DNA from: Myxococcota bacterium
GTDB taxonomy: Bacteria; Myxococcota_A; UBA796; GCA-2862545
Length of the DNA: 12,451 bases
Reading direction: 5' to 3'
NCBI GenBank assembly: GCA_039208735.1
Contig: JBCCQY010000216.1
Span: forward strand, 1 to 12,451
Shown: positions 7,580-12,451 of the stretch, piece by piece
How positions within the stretch are numbered: position 1 is the stretch's first letter
Layout: every line of letters begins with the position of its first letter
The notes under the pieces: generated by a model
Database searches by the model: none
What the model saw: the letters and a program-made list of their open reading frames with translations, nothing else
Told to the model about the DNA's origin: nothing
Translations under genes and position numbers: made by a program

Positions 7580-8557
7580 ATGAAAGCTCCCATCCGCGTC
7601 GCAGTGACCGGCGCCGCCGGCAACATCGGCTACTCCCTGCTGTGGCGGCTCGCCTCGGGCTCGTGCTTCGGCGATGACCAGCCGATGATCTTGCAACTGC
7701 TCGAGATCACCCCCGCTCTCCAGAAGCTCAACGGCGTGGTCATGGAGTTGATGGATTCCGCGTTCCCACTCATTCACGGGATCGTGGCCACCGACGATGC
7801 CAATGTGGCATTCAAGGACACGGATGCGATCTTCCTCGTGGGTTCACGTCCACGAAGCAAGGACATGGACCGAGCCGATCTTGTCGCGGCCAATGGACCC
7901 ATCTTCGTGGGCCAGGGCAAGGCCATCGGGGCCAACGCAAAGCCGACGGTGAAGGTGATCACGGTGGGCAACCCGTGCAACACGAACTGCCTCATTGCGC
8001 AGCGCAACGCGGGCGACCTTTCGCCTTCGGCGTTCTCGGCCATGACCCGCCTCGATCAGAACCGTGCCGCGGGTCAGATCGCCGCGAAGCTTTCGGTTCC
8101 GGTGGCGCAGGTGCAGGACGTCTTCATCTGGGGCAACCACTCCGACAAGATGTTCCCCGACCTCCAAAAGGCCACGGTGAGCAGGCTCCCCGCACTTGGT
8201 CAGGTCGAATCGGCGTGGGTCGACGGCGAATTCCAGACCACCGTGGCCACGCGCGGCAAGGCCATCATCAACGCTCGGGGCGCTTCGTCGGCGGCCAGCG
8301 CGGCCAGCGCGGCGGTGGACCACATGCGGGATTGGTGGCTCGGCACCAACGGTCGCATCGTCTCCATGGCGATCCCCAGCCAAGGCTGGTACGGCGTGCC
8401 CGAAGGTCTGGTGTACAGCTTCCCGGTGACCGTAGACGGCGATGGAAACGTGAAGGTGGTCGACAACCTCAATGTCGATGACAAGGTTCGGGCCATGATC
8501 CAGCGCAACGTCGACGACCTCGAGAGTGAACGCAAGGCTGTCGCCGAGCTGCTCTAA
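7580..8557 (+). CDS. mdh: NAD-dependent malate dehydrogenase (MDH type 2, cytosolic-like)
   Basis: [50 protein letters not shown] and [14 protein letters not shown] at 7580 with GGAGG; 325 aa. Confidence 0.97.
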   Translation: MKAPIRVAVTGAAGNIGYSLLWRLASGSCFGDDQPMILQLLEITPALQKLNGVVMELMDSAFPLIHGIVATDDANVAFKDTDAIFLVGSRPRSKDMDRADLVAANGPIFVGQGKAIGANAKPTVKVITVGNPCNTNCLIAQRNAGDLSPSAFSAMTRLDQNRAAGQIAAKLSVPVAQVQDVFIWGNHSDKMFPDLQKATVSRLPALGQVESAWVDGEFQTTVATRGKAIINARGASSAASAASAAVDHMRDWWLGTNGRIVSMAIPSQGWYGVPEGLVYSFPVTVDGDGNVKVVDNLNVDDKVRAMIQRNVDDLESERKAVAELL

Positions 8558-9558
8558 GCTAAAGCGCGCTCAAATGCGCCAATCACCCTAGGCACATCGT
8601 CGTCCGTCACTTCAAGATGGACCACGAGGCGCAGGCGGTCAGGCCCGATGGCGAAACACCGTACGCCATGGTCGGCAAGCTTTTCCGCGACCTTTAGGGC
8701 CTCCGCGACCTCAACGACGAGCAGGTTGGTCTCGGGAGGGCGACCTCCGAGCCCCAGAGCGGCCAGTCCTTCCGCGATCGCCTTGGCACGAGCGTGATCG
8801 TCGGCGAGCCGCTCGACGTGATGCTCCATCGCGTAGAGCGCCGCTGCGGCCAACAACCCACTCTGCCGCATGGCCCCCCCGAGGGCCTTGCGAATGCGTC
8901 GCGCCCGTTGGATGCAGTCCTTCGTGCCACACACCACCGACCCGACGGGACACCCAAGACCCTTGCTAAAGCAGAAACTCACCGTGTCCACGTCGCGCAC
9001 CCGGCGAGCCATGGGAATCCCGGAAGCCACCACGGCGTGCCACAGCCGAGCCCCATCGAGATGAACGGCCAGGCCGTGCTCCCGGGCCGTCGCACACAAC
9101 GCATCCAGCGTCTCGAGCGGCTGTACGACACCGCCCCCTCGGTTGTGGGTGTCTTCGAGGCAGAGCAGGGTCGCAGGAGGAAAATGAGGTGCATCGGGCC
9201 GGATGTGCGCGATTACCGTGGCAGGATCCAGGATCCCCCGTTCTCCGGGCATCAGGCGAATCTGGACGCCCGCCACCGCCGCGACATTTCCCGACTCGTA
9301 ATGAAAGGGGTGAGCCCCTTCGTGCATCAGGACTTCGTCGCCTTTTCGCGTGTGAACTTCGATGCCGAGCAAGTTCGCCATCGTCCCAGATGGGACGAAT
9401 AACGCCGCTTCTTTACCCGCTCGCTCCGCCGCACGAGCTTCCAGACGTTGAACGGTTGGGTCGTCCCCCAAAACATCGTCGCCAAGTTCCGCATTCCGCA
9501 TCGCGGTCCACATGGCTTCGGTGGGCTTGGTAACGGTGTCGGAACGTAGATCGATCAT
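8554..9558 (-). CDS. ltaE: Low-specificity L-threonine aldolase (PLP-dependent)
   Basis: [32 protein letters not shown] (PLP lysine) and [11 protein letters not shown] at 9558 with AGGAG 8 nt upstream; 334 aa. Confidence 0.95.
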   Translation of the reverse strand: MIDLRSDTVTKPTEAMWTAMRNAELGDDVLGDDPTVQRLEARAAERAGKEAALFVPSGTMANLLGIEVHTRKGDEVLMHEGAHPFHYESGNVAAVAGVQIRLMPGERGILDPATVIAHIRPDAPHFPPATLLCLEDTHNRGGGVVQPLETLDALCATAREHGLAVHLDGARLWHAVVASGIPMARRVRDVDTVSFCFSKGLGCPVGSVVCGTKDCIQRARRIRKALGGAMRQSGLLAAAALYAMEHHVERLADDHARAKAIAEGLAALGLGGRPPETNLLVVEVAEALKVAEKLADHGVRCFAIGPDRLRLVVHLEVTDDDVPRVIGAFERALA

Positions 9559-9633
9559 GGCATGCGCTCCTGGCTCCCTCGACCTGAACAATATGGAGGG
9601 CTAGGCCACGTTTGGGAACGGGGAGGAGACACG

Positions 9634-10776
9634 ATGATCGCGCTGCTGGCCATGAGCCTCGGAACCGCCGAAGCCCAAGACGATAAGGCCAAGGTCAACT
9701 CTTCCGTTCAGGAGATCATCGTTTACTCCGATGACTTCGCGCGGTGGGACAAGACACGTTGGTACGTCGTGAATGAGCTGATTCTGCCCATTCCCGTCGC
9801 CTTCGCCCGTGACTTCAACTGGTCATTTGCGAGCTATGCCTTCCAGATGCGCGCGATTCTGTCGTGCGAACAGGCCAGCATCCTTTCCAAAAAACGCATC
9901 GAAGTCGACTGCACCATCGAAGACGTCGGCATCCTCGCCTCAACCCAGCGCCGCCAGAAGGGCGAAGCCGACCGCAAGTTGGTGGCCGCTGTGCTCGAAG
10001 AGGTCGACAGCAAGATGACGGGGCTGAAGGTCCAGCTGCAGACCGACTTCAAGGGCGGATTGCAGAACATCGACATCGAGGGCCTGAAAACCTCCAACGT
10101 GCGACAACGCGCGATTCAGGAGACCCTCCGCCAGATCTTGCTGCGTGTGATGTCCGGTTTCCACCTTCGTATTCCGGACCATGCACAGCGCGATGGGAAG
10201 TACGTCGAAAAGACCAGCGCCTTGATGCAGATGCCCTCGACGACGGCCTCTCAAGGGTCTTCGCGACTCGTGCATCAGGTGACGGTGCGCAAGGATGGGC
10301 TGCAGGTGGTCCAGTCGCTTGGTGAGGGCACCACGCGCATCACGATTCCCGTGCCCCGATTCACCAACGGTCGCGCGGGTGCCACGACGTTTTCGCAATC
10401 CCCTGTCAATCAGGGCAGCGGCACCCAGGTCAGTGGCGACATCGCCGATGTCGAAGAAATCGAAGGGCCCGTGCTCATCGGCCTGAACGGAGGCCAGGAA
10501 GCCGGCGTCGAAGCCAACTACGACCTCAAGGCAAGCAGCGTCGCCATCTTCGAGCGGGCCACGGGCATCATGACCGAGCGAATCTGGACGGTTCAGGGCG
10601 TGCCAACCGCATCATCGGGTGGCGGCGGTAACCGGCTTGGAAACTACCAGTCGGTCGGACGGGTCCAGATCTTGGGCAAGGATGCGCGCCCGGACGTGGG
10701 ACCTTCGCTCCAGGTGTCGGCTCCGCGGCAGAACCTCGAAGGCCTGCCCCCCTGGAAACCCCTCGAGACCTTCTAG
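9634..10776 (+). CDS. Secreted beta-rich hypothetical protein
   Basis: GGAGGAG SD before the ATG at 9634. Signal peptide MIALLAMSLGTAEA|QDD. Codon usage matches the neighbouring genes; 380 aa. Confidence 0.85.
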   Translation: MIALLAMSLGTAEAQDDKAKVNSSVQEIIVYSDDFARWDKTRWYVVNELILPIPVAFARDFNWSFASYAFQMRAILSCEQASILSKKRIEVDCTIEDVGILASTQRRQKGEADRKLVAAVLEEVDSKMTGLKVQLQTDFKGGLQNIDIEGLKTSNVRQRAIQETLRQILLRVMSGFHLRIPDHAQRDGKYVEKTSALMQMPSTTASQGSSRLVHQVTVRKDGLQVVQSLGEGTTRITIPVPRFTNGRAGATTFSQSPVNQGSGTQVSGDIADVEEIEGPVLIGLNGGQEAGVEANYDLKASSVAIFERATGIMTERIWTVQGVPTASSGGGGNRLGNYQSVGRVQILGKDARPDVGPSLQVSAPRQNLEGLPPWKPLETF

Positions 10777-10786
10777 GCAAGCCGAC

Positions 10787-11800
10787 CTACCGCGAGGAGG
10801 CCGTCTTCGGTGAGCCTCTCCGGCGAGGCGATCCGATCTGGCTCTCCACCCACGTCATGGCCTGCTGAACGACGAGGAAGGACCCGAGTTCCCGCCCTCC
10901 TCGAATCGGTTCAGCATCATCGGCGTAAATCGTCCACGCAAGCTTGGCGCCGGCGCGAAGTAGCGACAGGTTGCGTGAATGCACGCACGCCCAACAGCTC
11001 ACCGCATAGATCTCCTGGCTCGGGAAGATCGGCATGGGATGATAGCGGAAAAACAGAACTTTCCCCGGCGTTTGTGAGAAATGGCACTCCCCACTCTCGC
11101 GCATGCGTAGCCGCACTTGGGACCCAGCGAACGGACGCGGAAGCTCCAGTTCGATGCCCACGTGTTGGGCGAGCCGACGACTCTGGTTCACAAAGAAGGC
11201 TCGAAACTGCACGAACGCCCGAGGGCCACGAGGGTCGGATTGGTCCGGGTCGAACGTTCCGTAGGGGCCTAAGCGGGAAACCTCGACTGCGGGGTGTTGG
11301 GTTCTGCGGAGCACATCTTGGATATGGACGTGGCCCATCGGCCGACTCTTGCCGGCGATGCGCAGGTAGTAGCGATGGTCCATCGCTTGGTGGGGCGCAT
11401 GCGAGCTGATTGGGATGTCGATGACGTAGACCGCGTGGCCCGGTCGAATCGCCGAGGCGGGCGACTCGGGACCCACCTCAAACACATTGCAACGTTGCAA
11501 TGGAGGATCGACCCGCTGCGGAACAATGTCTTCGAGCCACGCCCGGGTTCCCCCCCCCTTGAGGTCGGTCGGCACGCCACCGTCGACCTCTCCATCGTCA
11601 TTCAGCCCAAGGAACAGCCGGCCTCCGGCGCCGTTTGAAAACGCGGAGACCTGCTTCGACAGGGCAAGCAGGAACGGCTCGGGAATCGTCAGATCTTCGT
11701 CGACGATCCAGCCACTGCCCTTGAATTCTTGGAAGTCGTGCTCGTGGGGTTCGAGATCGGCGAGCATCGACTCGGTCCATCGATCGGGTTCGGTGTCCAC
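10787..11800 (-). CDS. Schlafen/AlbA_2 domain protein with an uncharacterised C-terminal beta domain
   Basis: GTG at 11800 with GGAGGAG 5 nt upstream; 337 aa. Schlafen motifs E-x4-EFK, VSAFSNGAGGRLFLGLNDDG, VYVIDIP-x-S-x3-PH and YYLR-x4-SRPM. Confidence 0.9.
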   Translation of the reverse strand: MDTEPDRWTESMLADLEPHEHDFQEFKGSGWIVDEDLTIPEPFLLALSKQVSAFSNGAGGRLFLGLNDDGEVDGGVPTDLKGGGTRAWLEDIVPQRVDPPLQRCNVFEVGPESPASAIRPGHAVYVIDIPISSHAPHQAMDHRYYLRIAGKSRPMGHVHIQDVLRRTQHPAVEVSRLGPYGTFDPDQSDPRGPRAFVQFRAFFVNQSRRLAQHVGIELELPRPFAGSQVRLRMRESGECHFSQTPGKVLFFRYHPMPIFPSQEIYAVSCWACVHSRNLSLLRAGAKLAWTIYADDAEPIRGGRELGSFLVVQQAMTWVESQIGSPRRRGSPKTASSR

Positions 11801-11835
11801 GAAGACTCCTCCCCCCTCACGTAGGCCGGCAAGGC

Positions 11836-12324
11836 TCAGAAGGACAGGCCGAGACTCCCAAACGACCACCAATCGACCGCTTCGTACGCCACCCCTGGAC
11901 CCGCAAGCCGAGCCCCCACCCCGCCTCGTAATGTTGCTTGAAGGCCAAGTTCTGGGTTGACCCAGTGCACGCCCGTAACCGTCACGTCGGGCCCCACGAG
12001 GAGTCGCCACGTTGCGAAGTCGCGGTCGGCGACCCCAAGCGCCGCCGCGCCGAGCCCGAGGGTCAAGAGGTTCTGCTCCCCACACCCGAAACACAGCGCA
12101 TCGGGCCGGAGGCGGAGGGTCAGATCAGCGGCGAGTTCGTCGACATCCAGCCCCGGAAGTCCAAACCCAACTTCGGCACTGAACTCATCTGCGAGCCACC
12201 CTTCCGCCCGCACGGAAAGGAGCGCCGGACGACCCGCCCCGACGCCGAAGATGACATTGGGATCGGGAAACCGATCCGGAATGTCTTGACCCAAAGCCGA
12301 AGAACAAAGCCAGATCACCCACAT
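11836..12324 (-). CDS. Small outer-membrane beta-barrel-like protein
   Basis: GGAGG SD and a short signal peptide (ALG|QD). Alternating amphipathic Gly/aromatic strands and a C-terminal beta-signal-like end (GSLGLSF). Internal CFGC. Confidence 0.75.
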   Translation of the reverse strand: MWVIWLCSSALGQDIPDRFPDPNVIFGVGAGRPALLSVRAEGWLADEFSAEVGFGLPGLDVDELAADLTLRLRPDALCFGCGEQNLLTLGLGAAALGVADRDFATWRLLVGPDVTVTGVHWVNPELGLQATLRGGVGARLAGPGVAYEAVDWWSFGSLGLSF

Positions 12325-12366
12325 GTCGAGTCCTCCGCATAACGCTGCCCCTTGGGGCGTCTCGGC

Positions 12367-12407
12367 TACAATGGGGCCGCGGGGTTGGGACTGGCAAGAT
12401 CAGTCCC
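12367..12407 (+). promoter_or_regulatory. Candidate -10 element (TACAAT) and downstream leader hairpin for a divergent gene beyond the window
   Basis: TACAAT at 12367-12372. GGGACTG-gcaagat-CAGTCCC at 12387-12407. Possible start at TTG/ATG 12441-12446. Confidence 0.35.
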
Positions 12408-12451
12408 CATGAGAATGACGGACGACCACGAGGCAAGGCGTTGATGGCCGA

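Noticed and set aside
11801..12094. N-terminal extension of the Schlafen ORF; likewise the extensions of mdh (7430), comF (7514), GT2 (6684), ltaE (9591) and the 9562 ORF
   Set aside because: The extensions overlap neighbouring genes or intergenic structure, and better SD-supported starts match the family N-termini.
1..12451. CRISPR array, IS/integrase, prophage or retron
   Set aside because: No spaced direct repeats, transposase, integrase, reverse transcriptase, phage genes or obvious compositional shift were seen.

Overview
GC-rich, gene-dense bacterial chromosomal window. A Myxococcota/deltaproteobacterial origin is inferred from the membrane Hanks-type kinase and the FHA-domain sigma54 activator. 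Left to right: truncated membrane-anchored protein (-), Ser/Thr kinase (-), divergent Fur-family regulator and tandem-FHA sigma54 enhancer-binding protein (+), a 230-bp gap with a possible small ORF or RNA, a YchJ/SEC-C protein, a secreted protein with a LytR_C-like tail (+), a processive GT2 synthase and ComF (-) separated by a long strand-asymmetric stem-loop, malate dehydrogenase (+), low-specificity threonine aldolase (-), a secreted beta-rich unknown (+), and a small beta-barrel OMP followed by a Schlafen/AlbA_2 nuclease-domain protein with an uncharacterised, probably Ig-like C-terminal domain (-). No mobile element, CRISPR array, tRNA or rRNA was seen. The best leads are the Schlafen nuclease-sensor fusion (candidate anti-phage or stress tRNase with acidic catalytic residues intact), the structured RNA ahead of the GT2 gene, and the kinase/Fur/FHA-EBP module around a shared palindrome. 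All family calls come from motifs read by eye, not from database searches.
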